Part shown: one piece after another, positions 54,537 through 63,438 of the stretch
Position numbering within the stretch: position 1 is the stretch's first letter
Layout of the letters: each line of letters begins with the position of its first letter
Source of the DNA: an uncultured Solirubrobacterales bacterium
GTDB taxonomy: Bacteria > Actinomycetota > Thermoleophilia > Solirubrobacterales > 70-9
Direction: 5' to 3'
DNA: 64,000 nucleotides
NCBI GenBank assembly: GCA_963842375.1
Contig: CAWJGB010000013.1
Location: 170,665-234,664 of the forward strand
The notes under the pieces: generated by a model
What the model was told of the DNA's origin: nothing
The model's input: only the letters and a program-made list of their open reading frames with translations
The model's database searches: none
Made by a program: the position numbers and the translations under genes

Positions 54537-54722
54537 TCAGCGCCTCCGCAGAATGCCTTCCACCTCATGGTGGCGAAGACCCGATGCCGTGGCGATCTGG
54601 GCGGGAGGAACGTTGGCCTTGGCTGCTGCAATGACTGCAAGCCGGACTGCCTCAGTGTCATCGTCGCGGAGCTGAGCAGCCTCCTCCAGCTTGCGGATCG
54701 CTTGCTTGTGCTCCTCGCTCAT
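54537..54722 (-). CDS. Small HTH-like protein (61 aa), hypothetical
   Basis: Start set to ATG 54722: MSEEHKQAIRKLEEAAQLRDDDTEAVRLAVIAAAKANVPPAQIATASGLRHHEVEGILRRR. Confidence 0.4.
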   Translation of the reverse strand: MSEEHKQAIRKLEEAAQLRDDDTEAVRLAVIAAAKANVPPAQIATASGLRHHEVEGILRRR

Positions 54723-55118
54723 CGTCGATCGGGACGCTACTGAATCACCCCAACCGCAGGCAACCAGGGGGTCAATACTGGGCTCAAGCGCAACGGACGG
54801 TCTGTCAATCACGCGCGAAGACGGGCTTGAGCGAGGCTCCGACAGCGTCTCGGGTGCGGTCTCCAACGGGATCCCCCTCGCTCGCGATCCGCTCGGGATG
54901 GATTGCGCCGTCGCCGATCACGCGAGCAAACGTGGGAGGTGCGCCCCCGCGTTCCCGCAGCCCGTGTGGAAGCGCACCCCGCGGATTGCCTTCGGGAAGT
55001 GCGGCAAGCACAAGCTACTCGCTCCGCCGAGCGCTTTCCGGGCAACAGCCCTACCAGGGACGCGCTGAGATTCTAGCCTAGGCTTTTCTCGAAAGGGATT
55101 AGCAGCAATACCGTAAAC

Positions 55119-55797
55119 TTAAGCGGCCAGAACATTGATGGCGTCCTTGGCCAGTGTGGTGGGTTGAGGCCAGTTGCGGTGCTCGGGGCGCTTGACGCCC
55201 CAGCCCGACATCTTGCGCTTGATGACGCGTGGGTTCCTGCGGGAGCGGCGTTCGGGGAGCGCTTCAGCCCCGATCTCCGCGATCACCTGCTGATATGCGG
55301 CCTCGATGCTGTGGGGGGGGAAGACCCGGCTGGGTGCGGGTTGAGCGGCGGGCGGCCCGCAGGCCGCGGATGAACGACAATCGGTGGGGGATGAGCTCGG
55401 CGGCGAGCGCGGCGTCGTGCATCACGCGCCGGATCGCGTAGTGGGTGCACAGGTATGCGTAGGCCTCCTGGTAGACGCCATCGGGACGCTTTGAGCGCAG
55501 CACCACCCGCGGCCCCCGCTGGTGGGTCTTCAGCTCATCGAGGGTGCTCTCGAACTCCCAGCGCTGCGGGTATAGCGCGGCCAGCTCCCCTGCCGGCGCC
55601 GCCTGTGGGTCGAGGATCGTCGTGATCAGCCGGTAGCGCTTCTCCTCCGCGGGGAGGGCGGGATCCTCAAGCCGGTACTCGACGACGCGCACCTGGAGTC
55701 CACGCCGCCGTGTGCGGCCATCGTTCCGCTTATAGATATGCGTCAGATATGAGTCTCGATGTGGCCTTCGTGACGCAATTTTGCGCGGCGATACCAC
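55119..55797 (-). mobile_element. IS4-family DDE transposase remnant (5'-truncated and frameshifted)
   Basis: YPQRWEFESTLDELK (Y-x2-R-x3-E) signature. The C-terminus IEAAYQQVIAEIGAEALPERRSRRNPRVIKRKMSGWGVKRPEH...stop(55119) is in another frame. The shift is at a run of 8 G (plus strand) near 55313-55320. About the N-terminal half of the protein is absent. Confidence 0.8.
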
Positions 55798-55961
55798 GAG
55801 CCGCCAGACCCTCTCACCGAGCGAATATAGAGATCATCGCCGTGTCGGACGACCCAGATCCTCACCGGGTCTCGCAGCGTCCCATCAGCCCGAAGCGACG
55901 CAAACTCCAGCTCGTGTGCTCCCTCGATCTTGGCTAGGTCCTCGGTTGTCCATGTCCCCAT
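55743..55961 (-). pseudogene. DUF2255-like gene truncated at its 3' end by the IS remnant
   Basis: ATG 55961 with aggagg upstream: MGTWTTEDLAKIEGAHELEFASLRADGTLRDPVRIWVVRHGDDLYIRSVRG...WYRRAKLRHEG. It then runs into transposase-derived sequence at about 55740-55770. Confidence 0.6.
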
Positions 55962-56167
55962 TGGTGCTCCTCCTTTGGGCTGCAAGTGGGTTGGTTTGGA
56001 CCTGCCCTTGCGGTTTCAACCAACCCCGCCCTCGCCCCCGCCAGGCCCAGCCCGTGCCGAGGCGCGGGCTTGCCAGGTCAACCCCCGTCTCACCGGCCGA
56101 AACCCCGCCTAACCCTCGCCGAACCGCGGGCCTGCGGAGATTCGTCGGAAGGTGGAACTCTCGGCAC

Positions 56168-56464
56168 TTAGGCGGGGGTCGCCTCCGGGTCGGGGCGAAC
56201 AATTACCGTGTCGGCTACTGAGATAATCTCGTCAACGGGGAGGTCGGCTCGCGAGGCATGGTCGCGAATCGCCTCAGGGCTGCTCGCCTGATAAATGCAA
56301 ACCGTCCCGACGCTGCCCCCGTCCTCTTGCAAGACGTAGCTGCGGATCCAGCGAATGTCGTCCGACATCTCCTCATCGCCAACCTTTGTCGAGCGCTCGG
56401 CAGCAGCCTGCAGGTCCTCTGGCGACTGCCAGCCGCCACGCCGCAGGATCACGTAGGTATCCAT
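56168..56464 (-). CDS. DUF4242-like protein
   Basis: 98 aa, MDTYVILRRGGWQSPEDLQAAAERS...IRWIRSYVLQEDGGSVGTVCIYQASSPEAIRDHA. Confidence 0.75.
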   Translation of the reverse strand: MDTYVILRRGGWQSPEDLQAAAERSTKVGDEEMSDDIRWIRSYVLQEDGGSVGTVCIYQASSPEAIRDHASRADLPVDEIISVADTVIVRPDPEATPA

Positions 56465-56704
56465 TGATGCGTCCTCCTTCTTTGGTCGTGTTCTTCGATC
56501 CTAACCGGAGGCGCCGCAGATTCAAACGGCCGACCCGTGGTCGGGCCCGACCGCGGCCCTGAGCCAAACCGCGGGCCTGGGCAGGGGCAGGGTGATGGGT
56601 GGGTGGGGCGGCGGCTCATTCAGCGAACCAAGGGAAGCGGCGGCGACGCGTGGGTCGGGTAGCGGCGTGGACTCGACCGCCCTCCCTACGGCACGGATGA
56701 TTAG

Positions 56705-56959
56705 TCAGCTGCGCTTTCGGTCGCCTAGCAGCGCCTGGCGACGCTTTTCAAACTCCTCCACGTCGATAGACCCCTCGGCCAAGCGCCGCTCGAGGATCTC
56801 GTGCGCGCCTCCCTTAGATGTCCCGCCGGTCCTGCGCCTTATCAGGAACCAAGCCAACGCTGCGGCAAGGGCCGCGACGAGCGCCACCAAGAATCCCACT
56901 ACCAGCACCGCCAACCAGCGCAGTCTGTGCGGGCCGCTGACTTCGATCCTGCGTTCCAC
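56705..56959 (-). CDS. SHOCT-domain membrane protein
   Basis: One TM helix followed by ILERRLAEGSIDVEEFEKRRQALLG. Confidence 0.75.
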   Translation of the reverse strand: MERRIEVSGPHRLRWLAVLVVGFLVALVAALAAALAWFLIRRRTGGTSKGGAHEILERRLAEGSIDVEEFEKRRQALLGDRKRS

Positions 56960-57216
56960 CGCCGGGCTGGGTCCGAATTCCCAGGGACCCTGTACCCGCG
57001 AACCATCGGACCTGCCCCGCTTTTGGCTACCCGCACAGTTCTTGCCACCTGTGCCGCTGGTGGTTGAGGCGATGCAACCACCGACACGGTGCTACCTGCC
57101 CGTAGCGCTGCGACCAAGGCAACGACAGAAAAAAGCGCCGCCAAGGCTGCCACAACAATTCCCGAGACAACCCACCTGCGAGCCCTTGGCGTCGAAATCG
57201 TTCGCATCGTTTTCAT
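56899..57216 (-). CDS. Possible membrane-anchored hypothetical protein
   Basis: N-terminal TM RWVVSGIVVAALAALFSVVALVAAL. The 3' part overlaps the SHOCT gene by 61 nt and looks less protein-like. Confidence 0.3.
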   Translation of the reverse strand: MKTMRTISTPRARRWVVSGIVVAALAALFSVVALVAALRAGSTVSVVASPQPPAAQVARTVRVAKSGAGPMVRGYRVPGNSDPARRWNAGSKSAARTDCAGWRCW

Positions 57217-57459
57217 CTCGTGGCTCTGCTTGGCTTCCTGGAGCGTTGGCTGGATTCCCTCTTATACGCAGTCATGCATATCACGTCCGTAATCCCGTTA
57301 TGCAGGCGTTATGTGAGACCGAACTGCCTTAGAGCTTTAACGCTGCGGCGGGACGCCGACGACCCTCGGAAGATCCGTCTCCAACATCTAGTCCAAGGAT
57401 TCTGAGCCTACGCCAGCCTTTGAATTCAAGGTCGGTCAGGAGGGGTCGATATCGGTGTT

Positions 57460-57717
57460 ATGGCAGTAGGTGTTGTGGAAATCGTGGTCGGATTGACAAT
57501 GATCCTTGCTGCGCTCATTGCTTGCCTCAAGGGTCGTTACGGATTGGCCGTAGCAGGCTTCGTCGTATTGCTCGGAATTCCGGCGGTGATCGCCTCGATG
57601 CGCCTGGCTCGGGTCGACTCTTGGTGGGCTAAACGGTTCTACGATGAAGACAAACTACGCCGCTCTGCCGAGCGCTATCCGGGCGACAACCCGGACAGGG
57701 AAGCGCTGAGGTTCTGA
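57460..57717 (+). CDS. Small two-TM membrane protein, hypothetical
   Basis: MAVGVVEIVVGLTMILAALIACLKGRYGLAVAGFVVLLGIPAVIASM... Confidence 0.55.
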   Translation: MAVGVVEIVVGLTMILAALIACLKGRYGLAVAGFVVLLGIPAVIASMRLARVDSWWAKRFYDEDKLRRSAERYPGDNPDREALRF

Positions 57718-57738
57718 TATCGCCGTCGGCGGCGCCGC

Positions 57739-58164
57739 TCAAGGTCGCGGCTGGACAACCACAGGGCAGCTGACGCTGTTGGCGATGAAGCAGCGCTCGT
57801 GGGCGCGATGGTGAAGGTCCATGATGCGCTCGGTGCCGGGATCGTCGGCAAATGAGACCCGGGGGTGCAGCACGACGCCGGTGAAACGGGTGGCGTCCAT
57901 CGTGCCCTCCGCCTCGTCCTCGTAGGCAGTAACCCGCAGTCGCTCCGCCCGCGCCAGGGAGATGAACCAGAGCATGTGGCAGCTCGAAAGCGATGCCACG
58001 AACAGCTCCTCTGGGTCGACCTTGGCGGGGTCTCCGCCGAGCGCAGCGGCGCCGGAGGCCTCAAGCCTCTGATCGGCCAGCTCGATCGTGTGGGCGCGCA
58101 GGTCCTCGCGGTCCCCGTTCCATCTAACTCGCGCATGGTGAGTGCTCCTTACCGTCTCAGCCAT
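57739..58164 (-). CDS. OsmC/Ohr-family peroxiredoxin-like protein
   Basis: Start set to ATG 58164 (MAETVRS). SLSSCHMLWF and HERCFIANS Cys motifs. Confidence 0.82.
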   Translation of the reverse strand: MAETVRSTHHARVRWNGDREDLRAHTIELADQRLEASGAAALGGDPAKVDPEELFVASLSSCHMLWFISLARAERLRVTAYEDEAEGTMDATRFTGVVLHPRVSFADDPGTERIMDLHHRAHERCFIANSVSCPVVVQPRP

Positions 58165-58278
58165 GCCTCCATCTTCGCCCAGCGCGACCCTCTGCGCTGC
58201 TGAGACCCGACCTCCTCCGTCGCCGGCTTTGCAGCCGCGAAGCCGCATGGCACTGGCGTCGAGCCCCGCAAGCCCCGT

Positions 58279-59598
58279 CTATGCCCGCCGGGGATTGAGC
58301 TTCACCTTCTCGGTCGCCGGCGTGGGATCGAGACCAGCTGAATTGTAGGCGCGGACCTCGAACCTGTAGGTCCCCGGCCACAGGTGCTTGTAGGTCTGTG
58401 GCGACATGCACGGCGAGAAGGTGGCCCCGGGGGTCTCGTGGTGCTTTCGCCGTGGACTGAACAGCTCGCAGTCAAAGCCGGCGGCCGTTCCTTCGCTTGC
58501 CTGGAAGCTGAAGCTCACCCTTCTCCTGTTGCGGCTGATCGTCGTCTTCGTGATCGTCGTGTCGGGGGCGCTGAGGTGGGTCTGAATCGGCGGCGGGCAA
58601 GGTGGAAGAGGCGGCTGGTACTCATAGGCACCGATATCGGTCAGCGCCGGTCCTCCGCTGCCGGGCGGTTCACAGGGGTGCGTCGGATAGGTGCGCGCGT
58701 TGCCTTCGAGGTCGGACGGGCCGTTCGCGGCTTCGGTGATCCCGGCGTCAATCGTCGGCGAGCCTGCAAGCTCGTGGTGGTCGGCGCTTAGCAGCGGGGC
58801 GGCGGTCTGGTTGGTGGCGCTGCCCGCCGGAGTCGTCGTGGCGCCTCCTGAGTCGACCGTCGTCGCGTAGTTGGAGTGATCGAAGCTCAAGGTCGCAGTC
58901 GTGCCGGTGGCCCCGGCATTGATGTCGGCCACCGCGCCACCGGGTCCGCGCGCGATCACGTTGGTGAAGTCAAAGGCCACCGGCGAGCCACCCCCCAGGT
59001 CGACGTAGACGGCGTTGGCCCCGCCAGAGCCGATCAGCGTGTCGTTGCGCAAGCTCAGCGTGGTAGGGCCGCCGACTTTCCCATTCGCATAGAGGGCGCC
59101 GGTGAAGCCCGGGAAGGTGGCGTGGCAGAGGCTGTTGCTTATGGCGCCGGAGACCCCGACACAGGGACTGCCGCCGTTGACGATGTCCTGTTCCATGCTC
59201 GCGCCCATCACGTCCACGCCGAAGGAGGCTCCCGATCCCTCGTTGACTTCTGCGCGTCTAAGCGTCGCCCCGGTATCGAGGGCGATCCCGCTCGTGCCGA
59301 TGAAGATCCGCGGCAGCGGCCCGCTCGGCGGTCCCTGGATCTCGGTCGGCGTCGACACCGTGAAGGCCGCCAGCGGGGCCGCCTCGGTTCCGTATTCACC
59401 GCTCGCAAGATCGACTTTGCTCGGTGAGCCTGCGAGTGCCGTCGGCAGTTCGCAGGCATTCTGCGCGCTCAGACAGTCGTGGGTCCCCTGGTTCGTCGGT
59501 GCGGCGAAATGCGTCAACGCGCTTGCAGTCGGCGGTATAGCCAGACACGCCAGGAGCGCTGCGAGCACGACGACACCCGATCGCATTCGGCGGATCAC
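58279..59598 (-). CDS. Secreted right-handed beta-helix protein (choice-of-anchor-Q-like) with C-terminal Ig-like domain
   Basis: Signal peptide VVVLAALLACLAIPPTASA. Gly/Asn/Thr-rich repeats. LTDIGAYEY segment. Confidence 0.8.
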   Translation of the reverse strand: MIRRMRSGVVVLAALLACLAIPPTASALTHFAAPTNQGTHDCLSAQNACELPTALAGSPSKVDLASGEYGTEAAPLAAFTVSTPTEIQGPPSGPLPRIFIGTSGIALDTGATLRRAEVNEGSGASFGVDVMGASMEQDIVNGGSPCVGVSGAISNSLCHATFPGFTGALYANGKVGGPTTLSLRNDTLIGSGGANAVYVDLGGGSPVAFDFTNVIARGPGGAVADINAGATGTTATLSFDHSNYATTVDSGGATTTPAGSATNQTAAPLLSADHHELAGSPTIDAGITEAANGPSDLEGNARTYPTHPCEPPGSGGPALTDIGAYEYQPPLPPCPPPIQTHLSAPDTTITKTTISRNRRRVSFSFQASEGTAAGFDCELFSPRRKHHETPGATFSPCMSPQTYKHLWPGTYRFEVRAYNSAGLDPTPATEKVKLNPRRA

Positions 59599-59841
59599 GC
59601 CGCAATCGTAGCCGTCGGCTGCCGCTCAATCGATGCGCTGACCTCGAGCATCGCAGTCGCCGATCCACCGACCTCCCCTGTCGCCGGCTTTACGGCCGCG
59701 AAGCATGGCACCGGCCGTCGAGCCCTGCAAGCCCCTGACGGGGCTCCAGCTGGCGCTGGCCCTCCCCTTCGGCTCGGGTTCCGGGCTCGCGTCCGGCGCC
59801 TTTCGCGGCCTCCGTCAAAGCCAGCGACGGAGGAGGTCGAT

Positions 59842-60056
59842 ATGTACTCCAGCATCACCGAGCAGCGAAGGAGCGCCCAGGTCCAGGCGCTCGCCGACCG
59901 GCTCTACGCCGAGCGCCGCGAGTACCTCTTGCACATCGCCCGGCGCAACGGCGCCAACGGTGAGGACGCCGAGGAGGCGCTTCAGGACTCCTTCGTTCTC
60001 TTCATCAATCATTTCGACCCTGAGAGCGATTCGCCACCGTTCGCCTGGCTCACCTT
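59842..60056 (+). pseudogene. ECF-like sigma-70 factor, 5' part (region 2), interrupted by the RIT element
   Basis: ATG 59842 with ggaggagg upstream. ...EDAEEALQDSFVLFINHFDPESDSPPFAWLT, then the element terminus follows. Confidence 0.8.
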
Positions 60057-60138
60057 TTATGCCGACCTCTGCGTTATGCCGACCTTGCCTCGCAAACCCG
60101 CCCCACAAGCGGAAATCGTGCCGATGAGGTCGGCATAA
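60057..60138. repeat. Left terminal inverted repeat with three copies of the 11-mer TTATGCCGACC (two direct, one inverted)
   Basis: Copies at 60057-60067, 60074-60084 and, inverted, 60128-60138. Confidence 0.9.
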
Positions 60139-60194
60139 TCCGCCGCTCCTGAAGACGCAGCGAAGCTCTTCCTCCCACAACAGAGGAGGAGTAG

Positions 60195-61415
60195 ATGTTC
60201 ATCGTCGATCCATCGCGGGTACGGGTGACCGGACCTCTGACGCCGTTCAAGGACGGCTTCGTCGCTGAGCTTCAGCGACAGGGCTACACCCCAAGCGGCG
60301 CGAGTCATCAGGTGCAACTGATGGCCCACCTGAGCCGCTGGCTGACTGGCGAGGGCGTGGATTGCCAGCGACTCTCGCCGACTGAAGCAGAGCGGTTCCT
60401 GCAAGCCCGCCGCGCCGCCGGCTATACCCACCATTTCTCAAGCAAGGGCCTGGCGCCGCTGCTCGCCTACCTGCGGGGGCTCGGAGCCGTGCCGGCTCCT
60501 CCGCCTGCTCGGGTGCCCGCAGGCCCGGTGGGGGAGCTGCTTGACCGCTACCGGCTCTACCTGATCCGCGAGCGCGGCTTCGGGGAGCAGACCGCACGAC
60601 GCTACGCGCGCATGGTCCGGCCCTTGCTCACCAACCTCGCCTCGACCGAGGGCCTGGACCTCTCCCAGCTCGGCAGCGCCGAGATCAGCGCCGCAGTGCT
60701 CGCCGCCTGCCGCCAGCTCTCCATCAGTGGGGCGCGGCTCACGGTCACTGCCACGCGCTCGCTGCTTGGCTTCCTGCACCACGAAGGCGAGATCGAGCGG
60801 CCGCTCTCGGGGGTCGTCCCTTCGATCGGGAGCTGGCGCGGGCAGAGCCTGCCGAAGGGCCTTGAGCCAGACGAGGTGCAAAAGCTCCTCGGTTCCTGCG
60901 ATCGCGCCACGGTGACCGGCCGGCGCGACTTCGCGGTCCTCACCCTGCTCAGCCGGCTCGGGCTGCGGGCCGGCGAGGTGGCCGGGCTTGCGCTCGCGGA
61001 CATCGACTGGCGCGCGGGAGAGATCCTCGTGCGCGGCAAGGGCCGGTGCGAGGAGCGCCTGCCGCTGCCCGCCGACGTCGGCGAGGCGATCGCCGCCTAC
61101 CTGCGAGCCGGGCGGCCGCCGAGCGTGGTGAGCCGGGCGGTCTTCGTCGCGAAGGCCGCCCCGCACCAAACGCTCAGCAACGCCGCGATCAGCAATATCG
61201 TCGCCGCGGCGGCGCGGCGAGCCGGGCTCGGCACCATCTTCGCCCACCGCTTGCGCCACACCGCCGCGACCGAGGCGCTTCGCGCCGGCGCATCTTTGCC
61301 TGAGGTCGGACAGCTGCTGCGCCACAACCGGATCGAGACGACGGCGATCTACGCCAAGGTCGACCGCGAGGGGCTGCGGGCCCTCGCCCGCCCCTGGCCG
61401 GCAGGTGCCCGATGA
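60195..61415 (+). CDS. Tyrosine recombinase, first of trio (RitA-like)
   Basis: 406 aa with C-terminal HRLRHTAATEALRAGASLPEVGQLLRHNRIETTAIYAKV. Confidence 0.88.
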   Translation: MFIVDPSRVRVTGPLTPFKDGFVAELQRQGYTPSGASHQVQLMAHLSRWLTGEGVDCQRLSPTEAERFLQARRAAGYTHHFSSKGLAPLLAYLRGLGAVPAPPPARVPAGPVGELLDRYRLYLIRERGFGEQTARRYARMVRPLLTNLASTEGLDLSQLGSAEISAAVLAACRQLSISGARLTVTATRSLLGFLHHEGEIERPLSGVVPSIGSWRGQSLPKGLEPDEVQKLLGSCDRATVTGRRDFAVLTLLSRLGLRAGEVAGLALADIDWRAGEILVRGKGRCEERLPLPADVGEAIAAYLRAGRPPSVVSRAVFVAKAAPHQTLSNAAISNIVAAAARRAGLGTIFAHRLRHTAATEALRAGASLPEVGQLLRHNRIETTAIYAKVDREGLRALARPWPAGAR

Positions 61416-62333
61416 GTCCGCTGCGATCGGCCCTTGCCGACTACCTGACCGTTCGCCGCGCCCTCGGCCACAAGCTGGTCAAGGTCGAGCCGCTGCTCGA
61501 GGCAGTTCGTGACCTACCTCGAGGAGCGCGGTGCGCAGACGATCAAGACTGAAGATGCGCTCGCCTGGGCGACGGCGCCAGGCGGGACCGGGGCCTGGCA
61601 CTACGTGCGGCTCTCGGCCGTGCGCGGCTTCGCCGCCTACCTGGAGGCGATCGACCCGGCCTGCGAGGTGCCGCCGAACCTCTTCTCGGCCCGGCTTCCC
61701 CGTGCCACCCCCTACATCTACTCCGAGCGCCAGCTCACCGAACTACTCGAGGCGACGGCGACCCTGAGCACGCCCCACCGGGCAGCGACCTACCGGACGC
61801 TGATCGCGCTGCTGGCGGTGAGCGGGATGCGGATCGGCGAGGCGATCCACCTCGACCGCAGCGACGTCGACTTCAAGGCGGAGCTGCTCCTGATCAGGGA
61901 CACGAAGTTCGGCAAGACCCGCGAGCTGCCGCCTCACCCCAGCACCGCGGCGGCGCTGCGTCGCTACCGGCACCGCGGTGATCGACCGCGACGCCGAGGC
62001 GGCAGCGATGCCTTCTTCGTCTCCATCAAAGGCTCCCGGCTGGACTACCGGTCGGTGCAGTGGGGGTTCAAACGGCTCCTGGGGGAGGCGGGAATCACGG
62101 CGCGCTCGGCCGAGTGCCGGCCGCGGCTCCACGACCTGCGCCACACCTTCGCGGTGGCAACGCTGCTTGGCGCCTACCGCGAGGGCGCCGACGTGGAGGG
62201 TCGCCTCGCGGCTCTCTCGACCTACCTCGGTCACATCGAGCCGGCCAACACATACTGGTACCTCTCGGCCGCTCCGGAGTTGATGGAGCTGGCCGCCCAG
62301 CGGCTTGAGCGCCACCTTGGAGAGGGCTCGTGA
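61412..62333 (+). pseudogene. Tyrosine recombinase, second of trio (RitB-like), apparent +1 frameshift near 61502
   Basis: ATG 61412 overlaps the first recombinase stop (atga). MSPLRSALADYLTVRRALGHKLVKVEPLLE is followed in the next frame by QFVTYLEERGAQTIKTEDALAWA...HDLRHTF...YWYL. The span is 922 nt, which is 3n+1. Confidence 0.8.
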
Positions 62334-63319
62334 GCGCCCTCGCGCCGACGCTTCAGGCGTTCTTCACCGAGCGCCTGATCGCCCAGCGCCAGGCCAGCCC
62401 CAACACGCTCGCCGCCTACCGCGACACGATGCGGCTGCTGCTGGGCTTCGCCGCGGAGCAGACCGCCAAGCAGCCGAGCAGCCTGGAGGTCGATGACCTC
62501 GACGCCCCGCTGATCGGCGCGTTCCTCGATCACCTCGAAGCTGAGCGGGGCAACGGGGTGCGCACTCGCAACGCCCGCCTGGCGGCGATCCGCTCGCTGT
62601 TTCGCTTCGCGGCGCTGCGCCACCCCGAGCACGCCCAGACGATCGAGCGGGTGCTGGCGATCCCGTCCAAGCGCTTCCAGCGAAACCTGGTCACGTTCCT
62701 GACCGAGGCGGAGATCGAGGCGCTCCTCGATGCCCCGGATCGCGGCACCTGGACGGGCCGGCGCGACCGGGCGATGCTGATGCTCGCCGCCCAGACGGGA
62801 CTGCGGGCGTCGGAGCTGACCGGACTCACCTGCGGTGACGTTCGGCTCGGTCGAGGTCCTCACGTCGACTGCATCGGCAAGGGTCGAAAGCAGCGGATCA
62901 CGCCGCTGACCAGCGCCACGGTCAGGGTGCTCGGGGTCTGGCTCGATGAGCGCGGCCGCCAGGAGGGCGATCCACTGTTTCCCACCCGCGTCGGCGGGCG
63001 GCTCAGCCGCGACGGGCTGGAGCGTCGGATCGCCACGCATGCGGCGAGCGCCGCCGTCGCCTGCCCGTCGCTGGCAGAGAAGAAGGTGACGGCACACGTG
63101 CTGCGCCACACCGCCGCGATGCGGCTGCTGCAAGCGGGCGTCGACACCTCGGTGATCGCGCTCTGGCTCGGCCACGAGCAGGTCGAGACCACCCAGATCT
63201 ACCTGCACGCCGACCTTGAGATCAAGGAACGAGCGCTGGCCAGGACCGCACCCACCGGCGCGAAGCCGGGTCGTTATCGACCACCGGACCAGCTTCTCGC
63301 CTTCCTCGAAGCGGTGTGA
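62330..63319 (+). CDS. Tyrosine recombinase, third of trio (RitC-like)
   Basis: The GTG start overlaps the previous stop (gtga). HVLRHTAAMRLLQAGVDTSVIALWLGHEQVETTQIYLHAD. Confidence 0.88.
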   Translation: MSALAPTLQAFFTERLIAQRQASPNTLAAYRDTMRLLLGFAAEQTAKQPSSLEVDDLDAPLIGAFLDHLEAERGNGVRTRNARLAAIRSLFRFAALRHPEHAQTIERVLAIPSKRFQRNLVTFLTEAEIEALLDAPDRGTWTGRRDRAMLMLAAQTGLRASELTGLTCGDVRLGRGPHVDCIGKGRKQRITPLTSATVRVLGVWLDERGRQEGDPLFPTRVGGRLSRDGLERRIATHAASAAVACPSLAEKKVTAHVLRHTAAMRLLQAGVDTSVIALWLGHEQVETTQIYLHADLEIKERALARTAPTGAKPGRYRPPDQLLAFLEAV

Positions 63320-63426
63320 TTATGCCGACCTCATCCGGCCGATCACCGCCTGCAGAGCGGAATAACGAGTCAGGTCGGCATAACGCAGAGGTCGGCATAA
63401 AGCGTCCTATGTCGACGTCGGCATAA
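63320..63426. repeat. Right terminal inverted repeat: one direct and two inverted 11-mer copies, plus one extra 10-of-11 inverted copy
   Basis: Copies at 63320-63330 (direct), 63373-63383 and 63390-63400 (inverted), and 63417-63426 (inverted, 10 of 11). Confidence 0.9.
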
Positions 63427-63438
63427 CACGCTGACCTT

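Larger units (their letters stand above)
60057..63438 (+). mobile_element. Recombinase-in-trio (RIT-type) element: three tandem tyrosine recombinases between about 82-bp terminal inverted repeats
   Basis: Left end 60057-60138 and right end 63320-63400 are reverse complements over 28 + 16 nt. The bounds assume one copy of the ACCTT duplication (60052-60056 / 63434-63438). Removing 60057-63438 restores an in-frame 180-aa sigma ORF. Confidence 0.85.

Noticed and set aside
56122-56579. 13-nt direct repeat aaccgcgggcctg flanking the DUF4242-like gene, considered as possible att sites or a cassette boundary.
   Set aside because: A rough estimate gives about two chance 13-mer matches within 500 nt somewhere in a 64-kb GC-rich window, so this is not significant by itself.
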